64,000 bases of DNA from Amphiscolops sp. MND2022 (Eukaryota): NCBI GenBank assembly GCA_964187785.1, contig OZ076413.1, positions 43,650,001-43,714,000 of the forward strand. Direction: 5' to 3'. A program made the translations under genes and the position numbers. Positions within the stretch are counted from its first letter, which is position 1. The number at the start of each line of letters is the position of its first letter. Positions 47,801 through 61,500 of the stretch are shown here, piece after piece. The notes under the pieces were generated by a model that was not told the origin of the DNA, ran no database searches, and was given only the letters and a program-made list of their open reading frames with translations.

Positions 47801-50800
47801 CGCTAGTGGCAAGATTTGGTGCCATCGACGTCTTTCTTCCCCTGAGGCCATTTTCAAGTTTGTCTTGAGTGAGGCGCGCGTCCCTTCAAGTTTGGCAATA
47901 TTTTGCGGGTGTTTTGTAGTAGCGCATTTGAGTATTTGAGTGTTATTGCCAAGCTTTGAGTATCTTCAGCTCTAATGGTTGACGTAAATGCGGTCCCTTT
48001 GTCTGTGATGAGGGTTGTCGGCAAATATGAGTGTTCGGTCACAATATCAATTATCACCTTGGCTACATTTGCGGCTGTCGCCTCAATTAGTGGGTAGGCA
48101 AATGAGTAATTTGAAAGAACATCAATTACAGTCATCACTGTCTGGTATCCGCCACTGGTAGGTAGATTTGGTAACAAGTTGATTTGCATGGCGTATTCTT
48201 GATCCAGGTCCCATTCAAGCAAAATGAGCAGTTTGGGCGTTATTGCATTGCTAGGGACCCGTTTGTCCTTGGCACATTTTTCACAGCCTTCGACCCATTT
48301 TTTAACGTATTGTTGATTACTATTCCTGGGTAGTAATATTTGTTGCGAATTTCTTGCAGCATTTTGGATAAACCTGGATGTCGATGTGCTCTGCCATGTG
48401 GTGCATGCAGTTATTCTTTCAAGAAGTGCGTTGGCAGTAAAACTTAATAATACTTAATTTGTCCTGTTTCATCATAATACTGTCTTGTCACCGCTTCGTC
48501 CTCTGTGACTATCCGGTCAAATTTTTGAAGGTAGTGTTTGTACCTAATACCTTGAAGGAGAATTTCGTCAGAAACTTCTTCTTTCTGAATTTTAGCTTTT
48601 AAAATTAGTCTTTCGATTGCCGCAAAATGACTTGATTTCTCCTACGCAATTTTTGGGTGAATTTGGTGATTTCATCCGCGTTGTTTTCTGATATCGCGTC
48701 AATTTGTATGACGGCGTCAGGTACCTTGAGTCCTGTTTTGGATTGTTTCTTCCTTTCCCAAATTTGTTCTTCTGTCTCATTGTCTTCTTCAGACACTCCG
48801 GCTGATTTGACATTTATCTCAAAAGGTCTTGTTGTTTCTGCGTCTTTTAGGGCTATTTTTTTTTGGGTCCATTTCCATACAGATAGTCAACCGCTGTATT
48901 GTTTTCGCCAGGAACGTGGGTGATGATGAAAATGAACTGAATTACAAAATCACAAGCATTCCATAGCGTCGGTGGTATGATGTTGGTTCGGAAGAACCTC
49001 GTGACCGATTTATTATCCGTCAGAATAATTACTGGTTTTGGTATTCCCCCGAAATATGTCCAAAATCTTTGAAGGCGTAATATATGGCTAGGAATTCTTT
49101 TGCATATATCGACATTTTGAGTTGCGACGGAGCGAATGTTTTGGACCTGTAGGCTATTGGAACATGAGATTTTTTGACAGAAGTGTATTTTCGGTTCTGG
49201 TCATCTTTGTTGCAAATGGCGTAACCGACTGCTGTGAAACTTGAATCGGTCATTAGGACAAGTTGTTTGTTTGACAAGGGTTGTTTCAAAGCTAGTTGGC
49301 TGCACCTCTCCAAGTCTTTGTTGATTTCGTTGAATTGTTCAACTAGTTCTATCGTCACTAAGAACTTCGCGTCTTTCTTGAGAAATTGGAAGAATGAAAG
49401 TAATTTTTCGGATAATCCCGGAAAAAGTTCCTGTAGTAGTTGAGGAAACCAAGATAACGTTTTAGGGCTTTCCTGGACTTCACAAATTCTGTTTTCCCAA
49501 AAAGTTGGTGATTCGTTCTTTTTGGGGTTTTACTCCTTCAGAAGTAATTGTTCTCCCAAAAAACTCTATTTCAGTTGCGCCGAAGTGGCATTTGTTCATG
49601 GTCAGTTTTATTCCAGCTACCCTGATGCGATCAAATACCGCTTTCAGATTTTTAATTAGGTTATCGGCGTCGTTTGCTGCAAAGCCTATATCGTCAACAC
49701 ATTGGGCGCACTGATCAGCTTTAATAACTCAATCCAATTTTTCTCTAATGAATATGAATGAGGCCGGCAAGGCTCTACTTAAGCCTTTGGCTAATCTTCT
49801 GTAAGCAGATGTTCTGCTGGCAAAAAAAGGACAGGATCTCGATGGACCTTTGGTGTGCCATTGGGAGGCAGTGGTAAGCTTGCGAACAATCTAGTTTACA
49901 GAAAAGTTTCTTTCCCGCCATATGTTGCGCTGCATCTGTCAAGGTACTGACTGGGTGGTTGTTGTTAATATATTCGTCTGAGATCATGGTGTTGGTTTTT
50001 CTAAGGTCGACCAGCAGTCCTATTTTCCCATTGATTTTCTTTTGTGCAAAAATGGGACTTCCGTACTTTGAAATGGCAAAGTTGTGATTATGCTGCCATA
50101 CTTGTGTAGCAATGCCAATTCGACCAATATGTTCTCTTTCAAATTTACTGGAGTAGGCAAGCTTTGGCTGTATGCAGGCGAATCATGCTTTGGGGTCAGT
50201 TTGACTGTAAATTCATCATTCATGCCTATATCGAAACCGAGGCGAGCGAAAAATCATGAAGTGCCACCAAAAGTGATTCGAGTCTATTTATCTCGTGCTG
50301 TTGTAGCATTGAGTCCTTCCAGTCAAAGTTGCTGGGGAATTTTTGCCTAGATTCTTCCTTGTCTTTTGAATTCGGTTTTTCTGTTTCTTGTAAGTTGCGC
50401 AGTTCTCGAAGGATCCGTTGTTATATTGGCGTGTGGGACTCCTCGTCTCCTGCGTTTTCCGGCGCTGGAAACCAATACTGTTCATATTGGTCAATGTTAC
50501 GATTGGCTTCGAGGAGGATACTTACATAGTATTGTGTGTCCTCTTCATTTTCGTTTTGTGGATGCCAAGTGGACTCTTGGTCTTTTGATTTGATGTGTCT
50601 AAACTGTCCTGGTGTCATCACTGAAAAATTTGCAATATGCAATGCCTTTTTAAGTTTGTAATGTTGGTCAGTGGAATTATTGACGTGTATCCTCATAGTC
50701 CCTTCTTGTCAGGTAACAATTGCTGTTGTCATGCAGAAGGTCACTGGGTTGTAAGATGCCTGTGATTGTGTTTTCTCCATAGATTTGGGACTGAACTGTG

Positions 50801-51474
50801 ACAATTGTATGGTCGTTTCGCGGAATGGTGACATCATCGGGATTGAGTATGGGTTCCAAGGCGTTTGAGTATTTGTGGTCAGCCATTTTGAGTTGCAAAC
50901 ACAAAAAGGGAAAGTTAGGTACACTTTGGCGCATGTCCAGGACTGTATGGTTCCTTTGGAGGAGCATTAGTCCAATCATGGGGCTAGACAGTTTTTCCAT
51001 GACAATTAAAATTTCAAGGAATTCAATGTCTCCAACTTCAAACTTTAGTTCGACTGTGCTTCGGGGGGTTTCCAGGTTGCCATTTGCAACCATAATTTGA
51101 AAAGACGGGGCAGGTCCCTCTTTGATTTTGGATTGGGGCGCCAAAAGGCGTATTTTTCTGATGTCTGCTTGGGGTATTGCACTGGAGTGGGCCCCAGTGT
51201 CGATTAGTCCGTCAATAGTTAGTTCCCCAAAATCAATTGGGAAATACAGCATCCGACGTTTGAATTTTAGGTTAAGATTGCGGAAAGGGGAATATATGCT
51301 TTTCCACCTTCCTTTTCCGCCAAGATATGTGAAAAGGCCAATTCGTCCAAGAGACTGTGGGTCTCCATTGGGTTGCTGGCCGTAAGCCTCTTGTGCTGCA
51401 TTTGAGGGTTTGATCTCTGGGTTACGCTGCCATAATTCAGTGAGGGCCCGTGATAATTTGGTATTTTCGATCAC
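44860..51474 (-). pseudogene. pol: pol of element D (PR, dUTPase-like spacer, RT, RH, IN), fragmented, with a ~2-kb interruption
   Basis: PR LIDTGAHSS; RT KLFCKLDCSQAYH and VDD; RH LMTDSS...YAKEFLAIY; IN VIDVLSNY...ITDKG; GPY/F-like WIGLFVVQKV.PNDNYIVR; C-terminal YNLRPNP. Confidence 0.88.
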
Positions 51475-52167
51475 GGGATCGTCCTCGTCGTCTGTTGAAG
51501 GATAGTATTCACATTTAAATTGTAAGTTCTCTTTATCATAGAGAACTTAGTCCCAATACCGGTTCGTGCCGTACTCGGGGTGAAATTATTGAGGGTTGTA
51601 ATCTTCGATAGTTTGTAGGGGTCAAAATTGAGTCTCCAAGTTGTTAGTGTAATCCACTTCATCGAATCTATCTGGGCGATCATTATGTTCTGTTTTATAA
51701 GTCTTGATGTAGGCTTTTTCCATCTGTTGCTGCCAGACAGCGGACGTGGAGCCATTGGTATCTTTGATAAATTGGCTGAATTTACTTATTGGAGGATCTG
51801 ATATGGCGTATTGTCGAAACATCATGTAATTGGATTCGTGGCAAAATTAGTTTTTTGAATCAGTTTTTCTAGAGGTCGATTTGCCTGAAGGTGTTGTTTC
51901 CGTGTTATTTGACTTCTTGGATGCTTTTTCGTTCCCGGAGGTGTCCTTTTGGGACGTAGATAAGCCCCTGCTCCTTTCCAGCACCTTTCAACTGGTTAGT
52001 TCTTTTTCTCGCATGTTGGGCATTCTGGGTACTTTTGACGCTGAGGTTTTTTCCGTTTTTGTCCTCTCCTTTTTCTTTTTCAGTTTTGGGCACGATTTCC
52101 AGAAGTGGTCATTCGCTTTACAATAGGTGCACTGGGCACCTTTGTTCGTGTCAATGCCATTCGACAA

Positions 52168-53541
52168 TTAGTTGCGATTACCAGTAGACACCAAAGCCAT
52201 AGTGGCATCTGGTAAGTCGTCTGATTCTTCCAAATCATTGAGTTCTAGCTCACGTTCAAGATGAGCTACGATCACTTCGTATGTTCCGTTCTCCAGGCGG
52301 GCCACATTGACAAATAGTCTCAACTTTGGTGGCAGTTTGGCGTACAACAAGCTGTCAATCATGCTTTTGGCGTTTTCACCAAAGGCTTTTTCAGCTCCTT
52401 GATTTACTTTTTCAGGAAAGTCCGAAAGTTTCATGGTACTAGGGTCAAAAATGAGTCTGTGGCATTTGTGCTTTGACTTCGCTTGGGATTCCGGTTTGAC
52501 ATATTTCCTCCGGAATATGACCAGTACGTCCTGAAGAGTTTGACGGTTAAGGAAGTTTATGTTCCTGAATGTCTGCAGTGCCCCTTTCCGCAGCAAGGAA
52601 TGAAAATGGAAAATTTTCATCTTCTCTGTCATCGTGGGTTGTATTTTGATCATCGTATGGAAAAAATCCTCAAAGTTCTCGAATTTTTCGCTCTTACCAT
52701 CAAATTTCATGGGAGTTGCTGTGACCAGTCGAATTGTCATTGATTGGGGTTTGTTTTGCAGATTGGGTAGTACGTCAGCGAATCTATTAATTGGGTCTTG
52801 TGGTACATCAGGTGCTTCAGGCTCTTATACTGGTAAAGTAGTATCCAAGGAAAAATCATGAGCTGCTTCTTGTCGGTTAAGGGTCGGTTAATTGAGTGGA
52901 TTCGTCAAGTCAGAAATTCAGGAATTTGCCGTTCGGTGTCAGTAGCTCCTGTCACCATGTAAGGACCATGATCCTCTGTGTCTCTTAGATCACCAACGGA
53001 CCGAGAGTCCTTATTGGTAAATTTTGTTTTCAACCCAGCAATGTTTCCTCTGTTTTCTTGACTAATTGGGGACGAACTAGCTGCCTCAGTGTCCCTGTTT
53101 TCTGACGAAGACATCGAACTCACAATATTTCCTTTTTCAGAAATTACTCTATCAAAAAGAGCTGAACTTATGGCTCTGTTAATTCCGAAATGCATCATGG
53201 CCATCGTAGAGTCCATTTCTTGAGATAACCTTAGATTAAACTCGTTTGGGAAAGTTTCCATGTACTCTCTGGCTCCATTTTGCCTAGACGCGTATTTTTT
53301 CGTAAGTAAAGTCTCTGAATTCATTTCGTGAATACATATTGGTCTCAGTGTCACCATGTACCGAAGATTCCTCAATTGCATTTGCTAGTTCCCTTTCAAT
53401 AGGATTAGCGTTTTCTTTCTCTATCATCACGTCTTCTAAGTTATCAAAGTCGAACATCTTGTGCATTTCTCTGTGCTTTCTTGCTTTTGCTGTCTGTCTT
53501 CCAGTGGAAGGCATAAGAGACGTATACAAGGGAAGAATCAA
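52168..53541 (-). pseudogene. gag: gag of element D, frameshifted, starting within the LTR
   Basis: Capsid-like FDGKSEKFENFEDFFHTMIKIQ...FHSLLRKGALQTF; N-terminal ORFs at 53284-53541 and 52905-53381. Confidence 0.8.
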
Positions 53542-55615
53542 TTAGAATTCTTTATCTTGTAAATCAAAGGTATGTTTGACATGTGTGAAGAAAACCCTCA
53601 ATTGCATCACAGATGTCACCTTCGATAAAAGAGAATACAGAAAACTCTTGTACATCGATTTTGCGTAACCCCAGAAAACAGTGAAGAATTTTTTGCGGTA
53701 AGTCGCATAGTGACAGGAAGCCCTAATAAAGCTCTTTGCTCGTCGAACGCTTTATTCGGTTAAACACCAAAGGCGGCTTTCAGTTTTTTAAAAACTTCAG
53801 AAACAAAGGTTGTGTTCAGGAAAAACTATAGAAGGTACTCTTTAGTCTTTCCTCGCTTAAAAACTTTTAATTTAGTGCAGAACGCAAATCCAACTACTCC
53901 TGCTCATCAGACCTCGCCATCAAGCATGGAAACACGCATAAAGCTTCAGGCGAACTGGCATATGAATTAACGTTAAGGTATAGAAGTTCCAGCAGAAATG
54001 GGTAGACGAACGTTTTAAATAAAAACAACGATTTTTTTAAAACTAAGATTTTCTTCTTTTCGAGAAACCACAAATCGAATTTGTTTGCCTAATTTATTTT
54101 TGAAACAGTATGCTTGTATTATTCAGTTCCGAACTGTAACCATTAAAACTCGCTTTGTCACTGTACCTATTTTTCATCTGTTCGCTCATTTCGGCTCAAA
54201 ATATAACGTTAAGCAAAAGGGGTACTTGCTAGAGCTGGGATAATGCCAATGTTGCTTGACAGGAGACCATGGTCTTACTGCAACTCCAAACATCAGTTTT
54301 TGTCCAAAAGTGGTTACCTAGGGGGACTTTTCTAACGTCGAGTAGACTCCTCTTTTAGAGCTCCGAAGCGACGTGCCGGCACAATCAAAGTCTCACACGA
54401 ACGTAAAAACGACTCCTAAGGTTTCTGCGACTTCTGATATACTCCCGAGGTCCAAAAAGCTTAATCATCTGAAATACATTACATTGGGGGAACATGCATG
54501 ACGAGAGTAAGGAATCTAACAGATCAAACATCACCATAATCTGTCATCTGCAAATAACTGGTATATAAACACAATGTATGCTGAAGAAACCATCAGAAAC
54601 AGTTTTGCGAGTTTTTGGTCTGCGGAACAGTCCGTTGCATAGTTGCACTTTAATTCTGGGTTCAGGGCATTTCCGCATTTCATAAGAATGTCTGCAAAAC
54701 TCTCCGACTGGATGTTTTTGGGTGAAATAGCACAAAACTTGGTGTTCCAGGGCTTGTTCCGGTATTCCGGAGGTACTGCGTTCGTATGTTTTCGTTTTCT
54801 TTCTCTTCTTCTTGTGCGCCGTCTTCTGAACAGATTTTGGTGTACCTGCCAAGTCGGCCATATTGCAATTCGAGTTTTTCAAAAATTTTCATTAGGTGCT
54901 ACAAATGTGGTGGACGTTACACTGTGCCTTATGTTTTTCATCTGCTCTTTCAAATTTGTTGAGTACGAAAAAAACTGAGTATTGGTTATCGAAAAGAGTC
55001 CGAGTTGCTAACCAAGAATCGGAATATGCAGAAAAAAATGCAGAATATGAGTTTGAGTAACATATAGATTCTTGGAAGAATCCACAGGGTAATTACACTG
55101 CTTGAGAAAGTCTCACAATGTTCTTCCAAGGAAAAGAAGAAGAAAATGAAATGAAAGAATTGGAATGAAGAAATAGATTCTCATACAACCTGCACATTTC
55201 CAAAATGTCTCAAAATGCCGTTGGCATCCTCAGCGGGTAAAATGGAGGAACTCGGGAGCAGAACGTAATAAAAAAGGCATATCCAAAAACGAAAAGGCGC
55301 GTGAGCGACTATGGAGAAGTTCGTTAAAAATTAGGAAGGTGGACTTTCTCACATTTGGAAGATAAAATTGATGGAACTTGCCTACTTTTTTGATATAATT
55401 CTAGAACAGTGTAATGGGGAACCTACCACTTAGCGGTTTATGATGATCTGAATTGATCTGTTATTTGATTTTTTTCCGGGATGTATACTCCTGAACCCGT
55501 AGAACTATGCGTTCTCGATTTTTCTTCCTAATTATATCGGAGAGTAGGAGACTACAATGAAGGACGTCTTAAAAGGATTTCCAAAAGGAGCGTAGGCGTT
55601 CAGTGTCTCCAAATC

Positions 55616-57235
55616 TTGGTCTATGCTGACTCTCCTGGTTTTCTCGGCCGTTGTAGCGTCTTTCATAGGGCTTATATTACACAGATTTTAATTTTCGTTT
55701 TAGTTGGCTCTCAGTTTTCCGACAGTCCTTTTAAACGTGTACATCATGATAGTACTGTGGAAGAGCAAAGAACTACACAGTCTCAGGTTTTACCACGTGG
55801 GACTAATGGCAACTACAGATGTCTTGGCTTTCATCAGCAACTTCGTCGCACAGTTGTTCCTCCTTTCAGGTTGACCAGAAGATACCAGAACAATTCAAAC
55901 ACAACGCTAATGTTTCTGAAAATTACAAAGCAGAGAACCAACTTTTGAACCAAATGTACAAATAATTTAAATACAATGAAAGCGCTTCTGATAATTTCAA
56001 AGCTGAGAACCAAATTTTGAAGAAAATAAGCAAATAATTTGAGTAAAATGAAAGCTTTTCTAAAACTATCAAAGCCGAAAACCTAATTTTGAACAAAAGA
56101 CAAATAACTTTGATACATTGAAAACGTTTCTCAACAACTCGAAACCGAAACGAAATTTTGAATCCCATTTGATGTTTCCTAAGTACCGATTTTGCGCCAA
56201 AAACATAATCGATATTCATGAATATCGATTATATTTTTGGCGCAAAGTAAGTTTCAGTTTAGTTAACTTCAGTACATATAACTTTCAGAGATGGCGAATC
56301 ATTTTCAAAACCGTTTCACATTCAAACTCTCAAAACAGATGTTACCATTACTCATTACAATTTTTGCATTAAATACCTTGAGAAGATTCAAGAATAGAAA
56401 TTCATTGAAAGAGGTAAATCATAAAATATCGAAAAGAGTAAAATCAAAAAGCATTCAACCTCGTCTTAACAACTAAGATGATGGATTTTTGTTTTAGACG
56501 GACGTACTTTCTCTTTTCTTAAAAGTTTGAAGACAAAGGAAGAAAACTCATGGGCAAACTTTTTCCTGGAAAACGGATTTGTGGAACCCATAAATAGCTC
56601 GAGCACGGGCATTTGCTTACTGGCTCTTGCGATAGAGAGGTACATCTTTGTATGCAAAGCAACGAGTGCGCAAACTCTGCTGTCTAAGAAGCGTCACATC
56701 ATTCTTTGCTCTTTTTCTACCTGCTCCATTCTAATTTCCTTCTCCGCGATTTTGATCCGTATGATGAGTGAACATAACTGCGTTTCCAACTCTCATGAAC
56801 AGTTATGTTTCAATCTTCCCAATAACATTTGGATCAGTGCGCTCTTGGAAATCATCTTTCTATTCCTGGTTCCTGCGTCTATTTGCGTTGTACTCTATTA
56901 CAAAGTAGCCAAAACTTTGAAAGCTAGAAGACGAAACGATGACGTAAACCGCAGATTGAATATTGGTTTCACTGTCACCTGCGCTGCGTGGATTCTTTTC
57001 TGGATACCAAGTGAAATTCTTCACTTTGTATACATCTCTGGAGCGCCTATTGGCAGTTTTCCGGAGTTCCGGCATCCCCAATCCTTCTATTCGACTCAAC
57101 AACATGGCATATCACTTGAAGCTAATGTGCTCCATGGCAAACCCTCTCATTCTTCTTCTCATCTCCCCTCCTTTCCAGGTCCCTGTTAAAAACGCCACCA
57201 AAAAGTTCAAAACTTATCTTGGTCGAAATGAATAA
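55616..57235 (+). pseudogene. Rhodopsin-class (class A) GPCR gene with two coding exons and two apparent frameshifts
   Basis: Exon 1 (frame from 55704) encodes TM1 LALSFPTVLLNVYIMIVL and TM2 VGLMATTDVLAF. GT-AG phase-1 intron 55870-56497. Exon 2 encodes TM3 LALAIERY, TM5 FLVPASICVVLY, TM6 AWILFWIP; TM7 CSMANPLILLL is in a shifted frame. Confidence 0.82.
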
Positions 57236-57763
57236 ATTACTGCGTCTCTCAATCAGCTGGTTGAACAATATTGGGCCGGTTTCCAATACAGTTGGTTTCG
57301 TGTCAGGGCTTTTTAACTCATCTTAATTGTTTATCTTGATGCAAATTTGTTGGAACAACTAATAACCCAAAATTATGATCAAGTTACCAGCACAATAATG
57401 TATCTAATGTATCAGCGCTATTCAATATTATTCCGATTGACTTTCCCGTTTCTGCTTTTATCCTTCCTATTATAAAAATTTCAACATTACTGCTCATATT
57501 GAAAATTGCTCAAAACCTAATTTTCGAACAATTACTGAAAAATAAGATTTATAAAGCATGCCGATTGTTTCTGCTAAAGTGCACGTAGGAGGAATGATTC
57601 ATTTCAACAAATTTCTCCATTTAAGCACATTTTGAACAAGACAGCCCAATTTTTTAAAAACTTTCTATCATTAGAACATCATCTTTAGATCTTTGATTTA
57701 GCGCCTTGAATCTGTTGGGGCTTGTTGGATTCTAAAGCTATAATTATTGTCTCATTGTCCATA

Positions 57764-58502
57764 CCCAGGTTGTCTGTCATGTCTCGTTCATACATGATCA
57801 TGGAAAATGGCTCATGGAAAATCATCCATGATCATGGATTTTTCGACACATTACTTCTACTTTCATGGATAATCATGGATGGCCCATGGCAGGGCATGGC
57901 CCCATGGATCATCATCCATGATTTTGACCCATGATTCATCCATGATGAGCCATATTGAAAGTTTCGTTCAAAGTCGATCATTTTCTCTTACTGTGTCAGT
58001 TTTTGTCTCTTAATTTTGTCTCTTGTTTCTGAGGGTTACCTTAATGGCCCGGGTAGCATTAAGGACGCTTTTCGGCACCGCGTATCCTGAAGCCTTTGGG
58101 ACTCGTCGGAGGCCACGTCCTCGTCGTGAGTCCTGTCACGTGTGGTATATCTATAATATACCGCACTAGCAGAGAGCCTCCAACCCAGAATAAGGACATT
58201 TTTCAATTACTGAATGCTTTCCCGACATTGAGTGTCCGACATTATGCTTCTAACTTCATTTTGTTTCATCTCAAGTAATGGAGAGTGGTTAAAAATAGGA
58301 CCATATCCATCTTTTTTGAAGGCAGTTTTGGCTATCGGAACGGCCCATTTCAAATTTTTTCAGCCATGGCACATGAATTTCCATCCATGATTAATCCATG
58401 ATTCATGAATTTCCATACATTGCCTATGTCATGGGCCATGCCACGGGGAGCCATGAATCATGGATGAATCATGTATGGCGAGCCATGGCGTGACAACCTG
58501 GG
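57764..58502. mobile_element. CCC-ended MITE with CATG-rich subterminal repeats
   Basis: TIRs CCCAGGTTGTC / GACAACCTGGG flanked by TA on both sides; dense ccatg/atcatgg repeats at both ends. Confidence 0.8.
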
Positions 58503-58526
58503 TAATTCAATAGTCAAATAACTTCT

Positions 58527-61500
58527 TGTAACGGCAAGCTCTGGTACAGCAACATCAACCGACATGTTTAGAAAATTTTGTCAAAAATTCGTTCAAATTT
58601 GACGTGGCACTCAAACATGCTCAAGACGAAGTACCTGCCAGAAAAAGTACCCCAAAAAAGCAGAAATCGCCGCTCGCGACGAACAAGCACCGGAGACGAC
58701 TACGAAGACGTCCCCAACGCATACAGAACACGGTATTGTGTCAATCTCTAGGAGATATCCATTACTACAGTAAAGGAAACCAGTGTTCCAGATGTTCGCC
58801 TGAGTATCCCTGCGGTATCCTGTGTGGCAACTAGCGCTAGCGCTGGGAACCTGAGGGCAATTCTCATCAAATGACTCTGAACTCTTGATTTCTTGTTGTA
58901 TTTTTCGATGTGGTAGATTAATATGCTCGAGGGCTGTTGTTTAACATCTGTATATTCAATTTGGCGATTTTATCAGATTCTCCAATATTACGGTTCAACC
59001 TTCATCGATTTTCAGCCCAATTTTTAAAGGCTAGTTGAGCAGTGGTCTTGAGTCTTGCAAGATGCCTGTTACTTTTAGCAGTTACAGACCAGGACCAGGC
59101 CAGAGAGCGTCCTACAAGACGGTTCCCCCACCTTGGGACTGGCTCCTTCGGAGGGAAAATGAGCTAGGGCCGCGGAGATCTAGGTCCCAGATTATATTCG
59201 CTGTTCTAGTTCCTCCACTCTACGTTGCGGTTCAAGCGCCAGCGCTTATCGTTACATAGAAACTCATTTTTTGGCGACCACAGAGGGATCGTCTTGGGAA
59301 GCTTTCCCTAGCGGTTTTTAAAAGATCTGGCCCCCTGGTGTTCAGCGCCAAGCCCGTTTTCGACTCTGGACAGGAGAAAAGAGCAGAGTTTTACCTCTTT
59401 TTAGTCGTATTACGTCTTACTGGAACTGGGAGAGGCGATGAACCAGAGAAAATGCCGAAGAAAGCGTGTTTTCATGTGCGAAAATGGTATTTTTGGGCAT
59501 TTTAGAAGGAAATCGCTCTTTATGTGTGATGTGTTGTGTACCCATCAGCGGGTACCTTTTTGCAGGTGTAGAGGACCGTAGCACGTGGCTACGGGTGTCT
59601 AACAGGTTTTTTGAGCTATTTTCAGCCATTTTATGCCATGCAAGAGGGTAACGGATGGATGGTTGACCATGCTCCAGCGAGGCGAAGGAGGGGACAAATC
59701 TTGTGTTGCCTACTTCCTATTCCCATATCTCGTGGAGACGTCCTAGAGGCATGGCTTTTGGTGGACAGCAAGTGCAACGACAGACGGTGCTAATGGTCCC
59801 ACCCGCGTGTTTCTGTCTGGTCTAGATGTGGAGAAATAACGTGGTGAAGATGCACCCCCTAGGACCAGATGAGTCGCTCAGATGGAGTATGGTTGGCGAA
59901 AATTTTGAAAATACACCTCTTTCGATGGAGAATCGTTGGTGCAGGTCAGTGACGTTCTACTATAAATGTAATGACACCCAACGAAGTGCTTTTCTGCAAA
60001 AAAGATAGCACTTGGAAAAAAAACCTCATTTTTGTGTTTTTTTTGGTGTTTTTCTTGGTTTCGAGCACTAGTGCTCACAGAAGCCAGGAAAGTGTGGTGG
60101 AAAGTTTTAAAAAGCAGCTGCTAGGCTCGAGAAAGCCGGCACGAGGCACGAAAGGCGAAGTTGAAGCCTTTGATTGTGATAAAAGTGCCAATTTGATGCC
60201 GAAAAATGTGAAAAAAGTGGAAATTTGGCCAAAAAGGCACCCAAAATGTGAACGTACACGAGTGTGGAAGTGTAAAATGACAGTGTACGGCACTATCCCA
60301 AGTTTAGTTGACCCTCAGGATACTAATTGCAACTTTTGTAGCGGACTCAGGCAGCCTCGGGCTGATACAGTGCGAAAAAATTGTGATTTTTGGCATTTCC
60401 GAGTAGAGAAAGTGCATTAACCAAAAACACTCAGAGCAAAGCTTATTCGAAGAGAGCGGGCTCGAGCGCTCTCATTTTCGATTGTAGCAGCAAAAACGAC
60501 GCATTGTGGTGAAAACCGCATGCAAAAATTCCTTTTCAACGTTGAGAAAAGTTGAAAAACCTTGAATTTTGGTCAGTTTCGGGAGTGCCAGAGCGCATCA
60601 TTAAAACCTCTGGGGCACTCAGCGTTTTCGAGACCGGGGAGCCCGCGCGCTCCTATTTTCTGTTTTTATAATACAAACAACGCATTGTGGTGAAAACCGC
60701 GTGCAAAAATTTCTGTTCAGTGCTGAGAAAAGTGGAAAAACGCACTGAATTTGGTCAATTTTCCACAAAATCGGACTGTCTCCGAGCTAGGGTCGGGTCA
60801 TCGATTCCTGAACCCTAGCCAAAAAGTGGTTGCATTTTCGTAACCACCACAAAAATTAACGTTAGTGCCGAAAATTTGGCGAGCGTATCGCTCACCAAAG
60901 TCGAGAAAAGCTCTCTGACGTTTCGACTTCAGAAAAGCACATAAAAGCCGAAAAATTCCAAAACTACAGGACTGTCAGTGCCTTATACCTAACGGGCACG
61001 ACCAATTGAGGGTTTATCCCAGTGCTACGGATAGTGGGGCAACACGTTAGTCCCATTTTGCCCGCCGTATCACTCCCTGAGGTGATCCTCTTGGTCAAAT
61101 TGTGAAAAAAGTAGTCAAAAACAGTGTTTTTTCGTGTACAACGTACATAGTGAGTCGAAAACTCAAATAAGCGCTCGCGCTTCAATTCGACCATTTTAGT
61201 GGCATTGTGAGTGCCTGCTGGCATAGACTACCAAGTTTGGTGCCGATCTGTCCGATACTTGTCGAGAAAATCGAAAAAACGTGGAGCCCAAAAAGGTGTC
61301 CAAAAAGGCAGTTTTTTTCTTAATTTTTCCAAGTAACCCGGGCACCTTAGCCGACGGGTGGGGCTACATTGCAACCCACCATCGTAACTTGTGCTAGTTC
61401 CTACGTCGTTGCAGAGAATTTGAGCTTGCTAGCTCTTTCCCGTGGACCGCAATCTTGAAAAAGACGTGAAAAACAGTGTATTTCGGTACATAGTGGTACC

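Larger units (their letters stand above)
41806..53600 (-). mobile_element. Element D: decayed, probably composite Ty3/Gypsy element of the same family as B
   Basis: 3' LTR begins TGTCGCAGGCTGCC at 42703, after GCGGGAG. The 5' LTR remnant ends CCTTACA at 52958, followed by PBS TGGTGACAGGAG. gag, PR, RT, RH and IN fragments are in order. Confidence 0.85.

Noticed and set aside
54544..54978. Short ORFs with a basic KKKRKK patch
   Set aside because: No identifiable family or gene structure could be supported.
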